A DNA stretch of 64,000 bases from Marsupella aquatica. Taxonomy: Eukaryota; Plantae; Marchantiophyta. The translations under genes were made by a program, and so were the position numbers. Under the pieces are notes generated by a model. It saw nothing but the letters and a program-made list of their open reading frames with translations, was not told the origin of the DNA and made no database searches. Of this stretch, positions 1 to 11,700 are shown in pieces (the first letter of the stretch is position 1; the number at the start of each line of letters is the position of its first letter). The DNA lies in contig OZ316897.1 in assembly GCA_973895155.1 (NCBI GenBank), positions 11,865,832-11,929,831 on the forward strand. The letters are read 5' to 3'.

Positions 1-790
1 CAAGGGTCGGGAGGGTGTGTATACACACCACCAAAAAGGCCCTATTCTAAGGCAAAATGTGCACAAAAAATAAATTTGTTGGGTTACTCATAGTGTCGTT
101 ATCACTTTACACCAGATAAAGACTAGTTGTCGACGGGAAATGTTGCCGAATTGCACCGGCACCGTTTGCAACTCTAGCAGAGTAAAAAATTCCCGTCATG
201 ACTCCTTCACTCCGCGTCAAGTGTCAATCTTGGACTCAAAACAACCACTGCACCGCGATCTCTCCGTTGAGCCGTTGCACTTCCCGTTTCTTCCTTTGAG
301 TCAAACGCAACGACAAGAAACCCTGCTTCAGTCAAAAGAAGACTCCATAGTCAGTCAGAAACTCAGAACGGCTCTTTTGCTTGGTACATCGCACTCACTA
401 CACCCTCGATAGCAAACTAGCTACCGAAATGATCAGCTTTTCCCGATCTACGATTTGAGCTAAAGGTTGTGACGCCTCGCGCACCACAAAGCTCACACCG
501 TCGGGAAAATGATCTCAGTTCCCCCCCAAACGAACCGTCGAAGAAAACCGTCGAACACGAATGACAAAAAATCCAGAACAACGGAAATGTGAATTCCTCC
601 GCACCACGAACTTTGTTCAGAGATTTCTTTGCACCGTCGGAAAGCCCTTGCCCCGATCTATCCGTTTAGCCCAACACCTCCAAGTTCCATGCGATAGATC
701 TCCGTGAAATCCACCAACTCTAACCGCTGGAAAAACCGTCACCAACACGTCACGAAAATTTTGATCACCTCAACGTCACCTCCCAGGCTT
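1..790 (-). mobile_element. Internal (leader) region of the LTR retrotransposon; no gag recognised
   Basis: Lies downstream of the PBS on the minus strand. No recognisable gag ORF in the window. Confidence 0.6.
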
Positions 791-802
791 GCTCTGATAC
801 CA
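791..802 (-). promoter_or_regulatory. Primer-binding site (tRNA-iMet) of the LTR retrotransposon
   Basis: GCTCTGATACCA is the reverse complement of TGGTATCAGAGC, the canonical plant Met-i PBS, and sits next to the LTR end. Confidence 0.9.
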
Positions 803-804
803 AT

Positions 805-1136
805 TGTTGAACTAAGACGTCATTCACAACGACCATACAACCATGACTCATTCCATGCACACGTAGTCGACACAATCTCTACGTGGTTCACCTTTTCTCC
901 AAGGCTACGTCCACACGAACACTCAAGCTTTACTTCAAGAGTAGACGAACACACATCCTCTCCTTCTTCCTCAAGTTGCTCTGTTACAATGAGTAAGCAC
1001 CACACACCAGCGGCTTGCACTAGCCCTGGTATATACAAGGTCACACACGACTAACCTAACCTCAGCTAAGATCCTAACTGTGGTTAGCCTAAGTGTCGTA
1101 ACCTATGAGTCACAAGACTAAGAGCAATCCTTAACA
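805..1136 (-). mobile_element. 5' LTR (332 bp) of an LTR retrotransposon whose internal region runs off the left edge of the window
   Basis: Ends read TGTTGA...TTAACA. A tRNA-iMet primer-binding site lies 2 nt inside it. It shares motifs (AGGCTACGTCCAC, CACAAGACTAAGAGCAAT) with the solo LTR at 50441-50734. Confidence 0.88.
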
Positions 1137-1359
1137 GCCTCAGTCTGTGGTGAGAACCCACTTGTTTCTGTAACCACATGGTTGAAAGGACTCGACTGGG
1201 TCCAAGTGAACTTAAAAACATATTTGACTGCCTGGCCTGTTCAAAATACACTCTTGTTACAATGTGGTAGCATTAGAGGTTTAGGGTTTCACCTATCAAA
1301 TAAATATATATTATAATTTCATGAGTTCGATCAATCCTAGTGAGCTGCACAACAGATGT

Positions 1360-1632
1360 TGCATAAAAGATGTCCTTTTAAACTAAAAGATGGTGTTGCC
1401 CAAAACAAGTCGTTAAGTCAAAGATCAATGTCATTTCGCAAATGATGTTATTTAGTGAAAGATGTCTTTACACAAATCATGTTGTTACAAAAAGATGTCG
1501 ATTGTGGAAAAGATGATGTTGTGCAAAAGATACTAATGCGCAAAAGATGGTGTAAGAGACATCAACACACAAAAGATAACATTATGTAAAAGATATCAAT
1601 GCACAAAAGATAATGTTATGTAAAAGATATTA
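1360..1632. repeat. Degenerate short tandem array built on AAAAGAT(G/A)
   Basis: Repeated CAAAAGATG/TAAAAGATA units. A 34-bp duplication is visible at about 1568-1630. Confidence 0.55.
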
Positions 1633-2796
1633 CCATAATTATGTGATGATCCCCTCATACGTGCATCCTAAACCCTGCCACCCTAGCCAAGAATAGTTTG
1701 ACCCCCATCCCCTTACTATTTCATTCAATACTTAACTAATTCTGCCAAGTATAATTGTTTTTATAGAATGTACTGGTCTCATGGGAGTACGAAGGCGAGG
1801 GGCAAGTGCACTCTTCTTGGATTGCATGGCACATTATTGGGGCAAGACAATGAATACGAAGAAGACAATGGCTAGAGACTTACAAGTGTATTTGCAAGTA
1901 CCTTGAGGAGATCAAAAGGAGAGACACTACTTGCAAGTACAATGAAAGAGTATCAAGTGGAGTACCAAAAAATAATTCCTCCTCCAATTTTTTAGACGGT
2001 TTTTCATTACCTCTTCTAGCTTCGCGGTCCTTATTTCTTATTTTCTTTGGCACATAAAATTCTATACTTTGTAAAAGTACCAGTGTAACAGTGGACCTTG
2101 TAATAAAGTTGTTAATTATTGAAGTTTCATTTCATCACCTACTAAACACGATTTCGGACCGACCGAGAAGTGTGTCGGAGTTCTCGTTTAGCCCGATCCC
2201 ATTTTTTTTCTAAGGCAATGCAATGACCGATAAAACTGGCAAAAACTCTCCGAAACGCCACTTTCCTCCATTGCATCGCTGCGGGAATGCAGGGAGCGAT
2301 ACGTGCATCGGATTTTACATTCGGTCTGTGAAAAAGTCCAAACTACGAGTAAATTGGTCCGAACCACGTAATCGAGGGTCGACCATGCACTAACTCGGGT
2401 CAGTGCAAATGTAACCATGGTTAACGGAAAAAGTAACCATGGTTAGAGCATCCCCTATATAAAGAGGAGCGGGCTGCCCATGAAAGGTTTATTTTTGCCG
2501 GAGCAAACAACACCTCACTCAGAGCGAATACTGGACTCCTATCAAGTCTTACATTCCTCACAAGAGACTTGACTCTTTCTCTAGAGAACCCGATAAATTT
2601 ATCGGAACTACCATTCCAGTTTGAGTAACATCTATGTAATGTTGACTTGTCATTTGGTGTCAATGTCCTGACCCAAGCGGATTGCGATAAATTTATCGCA
2701 TTCTGCATTCATCACTTACATTCTTTCGAAGAATTGAGAATGTTTGAAGAACATCAAATAGAATTATAGGAATGAGCATTCATTCCATAGACTATA

Positions 2797-3125
2797 TTCA
2801 AGGTCCGATAAATTTATCGGAGTTTTCATTCCTTTGACGGATTAAGGATTATTTGAGACTCCGATAAATTTATCGGAGTCTTCATTCCTTTGACGGATTG
2901 AGGATTAGTTGAGACTCTGATAAATTTATCGAAGCCTCCATTCATCTAATGGATTAAGGATTATTTGAGACTCCGATAAATTTATTGGAGTCTTCATTCA
3001 TCTAAAGGATTGAAGATTATTTGAGACTCCGATGAATTTATCGGAGTCTCCATTCCTGTGATTGATTGAAGATTATTTGAGACTCCAATAATTTTATCGG
3101 AGTCTTCATTCCTTTAATGGATTGA
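2797..3125. repeat. 56-bp tandem array, 6 copies, each with a long palindrome
   Basis: Palindrome cores start at 2807, 2863, 2919, 2975, 3031 and 3087. The best unit has the perfect palindrome AGACTCCGATAAATTTATCGGAGTCT. Confidence 0.9.
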
Positions 3126-3721
3126 AGTCAGATAGTTCAAAGTACATCCGCTAAAATTATCAGAGCGCGCATTCCTATGATGGATTCAGGGCTTAGGTGT
3201 TTGATGGGGTCATGTCTTCTAGGTGAATGCAAAGTGCAATAAACTTATCGCATCCTCATGGCAACACAATTTCGGACCGACCAAGAAGTGTGACACACTT
3301 CTCGTTTAGCCCGACTCTATTTTTTTTCTAAGGCAATGCAAACTCCAATAAAATGGATGTCAAATCAAAAAAACATCAGTTCTGGACATTGCATCATCGC
3401 AAGAATTTAGGCAGCGATACGTGCATTGGGTTTTAGATTTGTAACTTTCAAAAATGGTTTGTGGGAAATAGTAACCATGGTTAGAGCATTCCCTATATAA
3501 GGAGGAGTGAGATGGCCATAAAAGTTTAGTTTGATCGCCAGATCAAACAACATTTGTCTTAAAAAAATACCAAACTCCTAGCAAGTCCTACATTCCTATA
3601 AGGAGATTTGAATCTTTCTCTCAAAAACCCGATAAATTTATCGGAACTTGCATTCTGGTTCGAGTATTATCAATTATGTAAGGTTTGTTATTCATTCATT
3701 ATCAATGTGAGAGGATTTCAG

Positions 3722-3932
3722 TGAACATGCGATAAATTTATCACAATCCGCATTCCTCTGTTGGATTTAGGATTCCAGCAAACATGCGATAAAACTATCG
3801 TAGTCTGCATTCCTTGGTTAGATTCAGGATTTCAACAAACATGCGATAATTTTATCGTAGTTTGCATTCCTCTGTTGGATTCAAGATTCCAGCAAACATG
3901 CAATAAATTTATCACATTCTGGATTCCTTTGT
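3722..3932. repeat. 57-bp tandem array, about 4 copies, with palindromic core
   Basis: ACATGC(G/A)ATAA recurs at 3725, 3782, 3839 and 3896. Confidence 0.85.
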
Positions 3933-3950
3933 TCGATAAACTTTTGTTCT

Positions 3951-4722
3951 GATAAATTTATCGTTGTTTGTATTCCAAAGATTGATATTGTTTTATCATT
4001 ATAGAAAGTTACAAAACTAAGAATGCTTGACATGTTGTTTTTGGGTGTAAATAGATAGTCATGTTCGGACTAATTTTGAAGCCCTCAATGAGCCCAATCT
4101 AAAAATGGTGGTATGTTTTTCATATTATCTTTCAATACAAGATAATAATAGGGACAAGATTTGTTACTCAAAATCTTGTACTAATGGATCTAACCTCGAG
4201 AGACCAACCAGGAGTACCCAAAATATAAGGAGAAATGAAAGTTGCGATAAATTTATCGTTATTTGTATTCCAAAGATTGATATTGTTTTATCATTATAGA
4301 AAGTTACAAAACTAAGAATAGTTGACATGTTGTTTGTGGGTGTTTATAGATAGTCATGTTTGGACTCATTTTGAAGCTCTCAATGAGCCCAATCTATTAG
4401 TGGCGTTATGTTTTCCATCTTATCTTTCAATACAAGATAATAATAGGGACAAGATTTGTTCCTCAAAACCTTGTGCTAATGGATCTAACCTTGAGAGACC
4501 AACCAAGAGTACCCAAAATATAAAGAGGAATGAAAGTTGCGATAAATTTATCGTTGTTTGTATTCCAAAGATTGATATTGTGTAATCATTATAGAAAGTT
4601 ACAAAACTAAGAATGGTTGACATGTTGTTTGTGGGTGTTTATAGATAGTCATGTTTGGATTCATTTTGAAGCCCTCAATGAGCCCAGTCTAATAGTGGTG
4701 TTATGTTGTCCATGTTATCTTT
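3951..4722. repeat. 295-bp tandem repeat, about 2.6 copies
   Basis: GATAAATTTATCGTT(G/A)TTTGTATTCCAAAGATTG starts at 3951, 4246 and 4541, and the sequence that follows each is near-identical. Confidence 0.9.
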
Positions 4723-5796
4723 GGTCTGAATTCGTGTTCCAAATATTTCTCAGAACTCTTATTATATTTGCTCTGATGCTTTGCTAACTTCTCCCTCTCC
4801 AATGCTTATGCCTTCCGATGCTCGTTTTGCAATGTTGAGAATTTTCCTCAATAATAAAAAAGTTTAGAACTTTGCTGGATTGATAGCAATAAATTTATCG
4901 GGTTCAGTATTCAAACACTTGATTCGATTACCATAATGTTAAACCATGATAGCGATAAATTTATCGGGATAAGTATTCAAACTATTCAAACAATATATTC
5001 ACACACAATTACCAAAGAAGAAGCATTGGAATCCTCAACCCAATAAAATTATCGGGTACTACACACAGATTTAGAAACTTACCCTTTTCTGCTTCATGTT
5101 CCTCACCCGGAGACTGAAAAATCCGTCGTTGAATGTGAGTTGAATGTGGCGACTCAAATGCCGAGTGCGATACGCATATTAGTTGCCGAATACCCTCTCC
5201 ATAACCCGGGATAGATGGCCTGAAGCGACGTCTCAGACCTAAACGTGGGATTGAATTTTCTCAATTCGTGGCGATGGAACACTCAAGAGACGATGCTTCT
5301 CAGGTTTATTAGGCAACACATAGTAAGAACTGGGCTTAGGACCAGAACTTGCATCAGAATCCCAATCAAAGTCAAAGATTTCAGGCACAATCTACTATGC
5401 GAGAGGTAGAGCTTTAGGGATGCGACTTGGCAAAGAGCAAGCGACAATATTAGGAGAGGATTTTAACTAAACTTGAAGGTGAATCTGTGTCTGATTGAGA
5501 CATGGTTATTCGAGACACTATGGGGCTTTGCATACCTCCCCTCAATCAGGGGAAATGAATGGCTCAACAGACAAAATGTTGCTCCAAGAACACAACTCCA
5601 AAAAAAACTCTACTCTGGATAATGACGCCAAAAACTCATCGGCGGTGGCCCTTTTATAGTATGTGTCTGTTGAGGGGTTGGCCCACATGGCCACTTTTGA
5701 TTGACCGTCTCGCTAAACAACAAAATAACAGAGAAGGGTATATTTCTTGAATATCCAATTTGATTCTTACATGTGCATCTTGGCAAAATTACGTAG

Positions 5797-6102
5797 TTTT
5801 GAAATTTGAGAGATAAATATATCTATGTTTGTATTGCAAAATAGATTTTATTCATATGGATGTTTGTAGTTTTGGAATTTAAGCGATAAATTTATCTGAT
5901 GTTGGTATTGCAAAAAGTGTTTTCTTCATATGGATAGTTGCAATTTTGAAATTTAAGCGATAAATTTATCTGATGTTGGTATTGCAAAAGTGTTTTCTTC
6001 ATATGGATAGTTGCAATTTTGAAATTTAAGCGATAAATTTATCTGATGTTGGTATTGCAAAAGTGTTTTCTTCATATGGAGAGTTGTAATTTTGAAATTT
6101 AA
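5797..6102. repeat. About 73-bp subterminal tandem array of the inner element, about 4 copies
   Basis: GATAAATTTATCTGATGTTGGTATTGCAAAA-type units start at 5812, 5885, 5959 and 6032. Confidence 0.85.
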
Positions 6103-7589
6103 CTGATGAACCAAAGGATGTTAGTATTGTCGGCAAGTATTTTGGCCGTCCGAAGTTTTTGCGATAATTTTATCGGACGGCACATTGCGGTTGAGACAAC
6201 GACATGTTGACTATGGTCACTTGCGGAGGTAACTCTGGTCAATTGCGGAGGTAACTGCAAGGTAAGTTTGACGAACTGTGTAGTAATTTCTTATCGACTG
6301 TCATGTAAAATAGTTACGGTAAATAACCAAAAATTGAGAAAACTGAGATTGGGTCGAAACTTTCATGGTTGAAATCCGGAGTCCGATACAGTTATCGGAC
6401 TTTGCTCAAAAAGTGGATATGGATTTCTAGATAAGACCTTTCATATATCTTCGGAGAGCGTGAATATGAGGTTCAGGCAAAAGTTTTTCGGATCTAATTT
6501 TTCCTTGATAAATTGAATGTTTGTGAGCATTAATTTCAGTGGTTTGGACCATTCCTAAATTTCCTGATTCAATCCGAACTCCGATACAGATTACATTATT
6601 TCCCCAAAAACCTGTTTTTGATTAAAAAAACCACCAATTTCGCGAGATTCGGCGGAAAATGAAAACACACTTCTCGTTTGCGGAAATAGTTCTCGTTCGG
6701 TTGGAAATCGTGTTATTCCTCTGTTGCAATCATTTGATCCAGTGTTTAGAGAGGTGTTGCCTTCATTCCGATAAATTTATCGGAGTCTTCATTCCTTTCA
6801 TGGAAAGAGGAGTAATTGAGAATCCGATAAATTTATCGGAGTTGTCATTTTTGTGAAAGATTGAATTCAGGGCTTAGGTGTCTGAGGAAGTCATATTTTC
6901 AATTCGAATGCGGAGTGCGATAAACTTATCGCATCCTCCTGTGAGAATCATTTTCCTTTGTTTTGTTTGGAAACTCATCTTCATCTCTGATGTCGCAGTG
7001 TTGCCGGGTTTAGGAGGCACAACGGAAGGTCGATTGCACTCCGTGGACAACAGGTATTGTGACAAATGGCTATCTTCCTTGAAAATCGTGTCAAACGTGC
7101 ACGCCGGTTGTACAAGAGACTCGTGCGACTCAAAGTTCTCCCCATCGGTATAGGAGCATTGTGGATGGGTGGTACTGATCCTGGAGATAGGCAGAACCCT
7201 CTCCGCATTGAATTCTGCGGAATGAATGATGCAGGAGTTCCAATTCGTTCGAGGTTGATGTTAACGGCGTGTTTACATTCTTTGAAGTTTTCTTGTAACT
7301 ATTGTTGTCGTCGTCTTGACAACAAGTACCACAAACAGGCTCACTTCTGTTGTAAGATTTGGAACGAAGACCCTTGGGTGAACCTTTCACGATGAGTGTT
7401 TCGACCTTTGCATTGAGGCGCGTCTTGTAACGACATATTTAAATAAACAAGTCCTACCCTTGCGCAGCGAATATAATACGTCACGAGTCCTAATCGTTAA
7501 ACTGTCGTGCAGGGTTGGTACTGTGGATGTGTTCGGTTACACCTGGTGATTGAAGGTATTTTTATTGGTGGTTTTGGTAGCTCTGCTTC

Positions 7590-8138
7590 ATGGCTGCGTC
7601 AGAGAATCTAATCGTTGCAAAGATGGGATCCGTTTTAGCCCACGAGCATAGGAAATATATTCGAGGAAAAGTGCCCGGTGTGGAATGCGGAAGTTTGTTG
7701 AATGGACTTCCCGATCAACTCGTTGAATCTCACATTTGGCCCCTCCTAGCCTTGTCTTGCACACAAGATGAACACCTTGGCCTTGACCTAAAACTTCTAC
7801 CATAAGAACGACTGACTCGAATGAGAACAATCATTTGTCTTGGAGCCACCTCAAAGAAATGGAACCATCTTGTTGTTGGTACACAATTTTTGGCGCTATT
7901 GAAATATGCAGTCCGTGAGATCAATGACATAAACAAAATGCTCGCAAGCATTCCTAATGCCGACCTTCTCTCAAACTTACATATTGCTAGGGTCTTCCGA
8001 GAGGAAACTCATTTCCTCCCTCCCATAGATATGCTTGGGTGCTTTTCGTATGAGCAGTTAGATCAGTTTCGTAGAGTTTGGATAAATCTTGGAGAAAGCG
8101 GGAAGCGGACAATTCTTGCATGGCATGGACGAGTCTGA
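7590..8138 (+). pseudogene. F-box-like protein carried inside the TIR element, one in-frame stop
   Basis: ORFs 7590-7805 and 7821-8138 share a frame and are split only by TAA at 7803-7805. SLLNGLPDQLVESHIWPLL...ICLGATSKKWNHLV fits the F-box pattern (LxxLPxE...LxxVxKxW). Confidence 0.55.
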
Positions 8139-8539
8139 GTGGATGAGGCATTGCTGCGAACATCCGATAAATTTATCGCACTCCTCATTCCTCTAGTCGA
8201 TTTTGGGTGCTCTAAGGTTTGCTCGAGAAGAGCTTGTAAAGAAACACTTTGAATGTAATTGACTCTGCCTCCCCTGACTTCGGGTTGTGTGGTCTAGAGT
8301 GTATTTGTTTGCGCCTCTTCGGACGATTAGCTGACAAGTGCATTGGCTTCACAGCCCGTTATACAAGGTACTGTAAAGTTGGATGAAAATTGTAGCCCTT
8401 TTATAGTGTCTGTTGAGGGGTTGGCCCACGTGTCCACTTTTGATTGGCTGTCACCCTAAACGACAAAATAGCAGAAAAAGGTATATTTCTTGGATTTCCA
8501 ATTTCATTCTCACACGTGCATCGTGGCAAAATTATATAG

Positions 8540-8762
8540 TTTTGAAATTGAAGCGATAAATTTATCTGATGTTGGTATTGCAAAAGTGGTTCCTTCATAT
8601 GGAAGTTGCAATTTGAAACTGAAGCGATAAATTTATCTGATGTTGGTATTGCAAAAGTGGTTCCTTCATATGGAAATTGCAATTTTGAAATTGAAGCGAT
8701 AAATTTATCTGATGTTGGTATTGCGAAGAATTTTCTTCATATGGATAGGAATTTTGAAATTT
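8540..8762. repeat. About 72-bp subterminal tandem array of the outer element, 3 copies
   Basis: GAAGCGATAAATTTATCTGATGTTGGTATTGC is repeated three times. Homologous to 5797-6102. Confidence 0.85.
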
Positions 8763-11700
8763 AACCGATGAACCGAAGGATCTTAGTATTGTCGACTAGT
8801 ATTTTGTCGCCCATAGTTTTCGCGATAATTTTATCGTACTGCGCATTGCTGTTGAAAGAATGACATGTTGACTATGGTCACTTGCGGAGGTAACTGGTCA
8901 ATTGCGGAGGTAACTACAAGGTAAGTTTGACGAACCATGCAGTAATTCTTATCGACTATGATGTAAAATATTTTTGGTAAATATCCAAAAACTGAGAAAA
9001 CTGAGATTGGGTCGGAGCTTTCATGGCTCAAATCCGGAGTCCGATACAGTTATCGCACTTGGCTCGAAACGTGGATATGGATTTATAGATAAGACCTTTC
9101 ATATATCTTCGGAGAGCGTGAATATGAGGTTGAGGAGAAAGTTTTTCGGATCTAATTGTTCCTTGATAATATGAATGTTTGTTAGCATGAATTTCATTGG
9201 TTTTGATCATTATTAAATTTGCTGTTTCAATCCGAACTCCGATACGAATTACATTATTTCCCCAAAAACGTGTTTTTGATGAAAAAAACTGCTGATTTTG
9301 CGAGATTCGGCGGAAAATGAAAATACACTTCTCGTTTAGAGGAAATAGTTCTCGTTCGGTCCGAAATCGTGTTACTAGTTTATGGGAAAAAAAAACCAGG
9401 ATGGAACCAGATGTTGTCCCTGCCCATTCCCATGGATGTATAAAGGGATCAATGTTTTTACATCAAAAAGAAAAAGGAACCGGTCATGCATTGCAGTTGA
9501 TGACTTTGACTACCTTGGGGGCGAACAACATGGTGATCCTGAGTAATGGCATGACGTCATCACATCTTTCAGGTTCAAGCTAGGTTGTCGAGTGGTCAAG
9601 GTACCAAGAAAACCGGTTTGGTAAGGTTATTGAAACCGCTGCAAACGCTAAGGAGACCGTTTACAGGTGACATTTCAATCAAAAGTGTAAATAGTGCTAT
9701 TTGAGTCTGTTTATGTGTTCTGAGCAAGTCCATCCAAGCTTTGCCAGTCTATCTGGGTTCCATAGATAAACTGGAGGTCCATCCCGACTTTAGTTTCTGT
9801 TTACAGCGAGGCACAATTTGTTTATAATATTTTATTAATATTAATATTGAGAGTATGCTTGTGAGTAGGTGAGGGCGAGGGCATTAGAGTCTGGGTATAG
9901 GTACCCCGTGCAGACAATACCCTGCATTAAAAGCTAATATTTTTCTTTCAAATTATTTATAGAGATGTCGCAAAACTATCTAGACTTCAATTATCTTACT
10001 GTCATCTAAAGTTTATCCAACTGGTGTTTTACATAAAACCTTCAGAATATTTTGGTAAAATATGCAAAAATTTGGCCAAGTTCTCAAACGTCCCCCCCCC
10101 CCCCCCCAACAGTCTCCTACTTTTCAGAGACTATTTATTTATTAAGAAAATTTGATAGCCCCTAATGTAGCCTCCATGTGCATGATTAGTATTGTCAACA
10201 AAAAATTGATCATTATATGTATATCAAATTACCAAAGGGCAAAAACACCAAATTAGAATCAAGGTACCAAGGGCAAAGCAACCCAATAAAGGAAAAGAAA
10301 CAGAAGAGGGAATAACCAAGAGCTCTAACAAGGCACATCACAACCTAGGAACAAGGACAGAAACCAAGAGCCCCCAAAGGCCAAAGGAGCAAAGAAGAGG
10401 TCACCTCAATGGAGTTCTTAATATAAGACATATAATTTCAACTTGGCAAGCGCTAGGTTTCCTTTGTCTTCCGCGGGCAATTAATTCGAAAATCTAAATT
10501 ATGTAAAGAATATACTTAGCGTCCTCTTCTTAGGATGGAGGGGGCGAAAAAAAACCTATGGTAGTTCAGTCACTACGAAAAATTATGCCATAACCACGCC
10601 GTCGGTTATTCGGGTCCAAGCCAAACAGAAGGGACAAATCTTGACCATACCTCCAAATACAAGTGCCCCGTGGCGTCAATCGAGCGCCTCTCCGCTCTAT
10701 CATTCTCTTTGACTACGTGCCAACAAAGATGAAGATACATGGACAGTCCGGTCGTCACCCAGATTCTGGCAATTAATGTATCGTTACTGTACTCTATTGT
10801 ACTAAATACAAATGATTGATGTACTCTCCAAAGAAGTGGCCAAACAATATTATTATATTATTATTTCTTTTTGTTTCTAGGGTTTTTTTTCAAAGGCTAG
10901 TCACACATGCCTAAGCCCACCAAAGACATAATAATGATCTTAAAATTTAACTCCAAAAATATGTGGAAGTACAGAACAGTGGATGTGAGGTACGGAAACG
11001 CCATTTGGCAGGGCCACTGGTCTGGTCCGATCCTGTTTGCTTCGTATAGACCGCAGAGACGCTGACTGTCTGACTCCAGTCAACTGGTGGCCAGTTACTT
11101 GCTACCCACTCGTAGTGACTGAAGACTCAACACAGTTGGGTGGGATGTGCCACAGGAGGGACCAACGTGGTTGAGACGGTGTTTTCTATTTGGCATGACT
11201 GTGGGAAATCGGTTGAGGAGAAGATGTTCAGAATAAATGCTCTCTCTACCTTGATTATCTTAATTAGTGTTCAGGTTGGGTGCGAGAATATGTAAGAAAT
11301 GAGAGAAAAATAAATGTTAGTCTAAATTGTAATGAATGGAATTTTTTTCAATGACTTGCAAATGGTGCAAATATTGCATAGTAAACTTGGAATACATGTC
11401 TTTGTAGCGGATGAAAATACCCAAATTTTCAGTCATGTGATGTATTTTCATGGGCATATAAAATCAAAAAACAATACCAATTGAAATTCAAATTTATGAG
11501 TCAGATAAAAATGAGATTGAAAACAAGGTTATGAATACAACCAAAATGGGCCATATAACATAAAAATTAAATGTCAATATTTAAGAAAAGAAACTTCAAG
11601 ACAGTCCCAGGAGAGGGGGGAGGTGGTGGGGAAGGCAAAAGGAAATATTGAACTATTGAACGAGAGCTGTGTACACGCAAGAGAAATGGAGAGAAAGATG

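Larger units (their letters stand above)
3263..6714. mobile_element. Nested copy of the same TIR family, same orientation
   Basis: Starts AACACAATTTCGGACCGACC and ends GGAAATCGTGTT. Its left about 450 bp resembles 2145-2680 and its right about 1 kb resembles about 8397-9373. Flanks (TGGC / ATTC) do not form a TSD. Confidence 0.85.
2145..9373. mobile_element. TIR DNA transposon (outer copy), apparently non-autonomous, superfamily unassigned
   Basis: TIR AACACGATTTCGGACCGA(C/A)CGAGAA (25 bp, 1 mismatch) at 2145-2169 and 9349-9373. The direct repeat ACTA flanks it at 2141-2144 and 9374-9377. Confidence 0.88.

Noticed and set aside
2797-3125. CRISPR-like array of regularly spaced palindromes
   Set aside because: The spacers are near-identical to each other, there are no cas genes, and the array lies inside a eukaryotic TIR element. 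It is a tandem repeat.
10171-10180. CCTCCATGTG resembling part of a CYCLOPS-response element upstream of the ERN1-like gene
   Set aside because: Only a partial match, about 5.9 kb from the ATG, and expected by chance.
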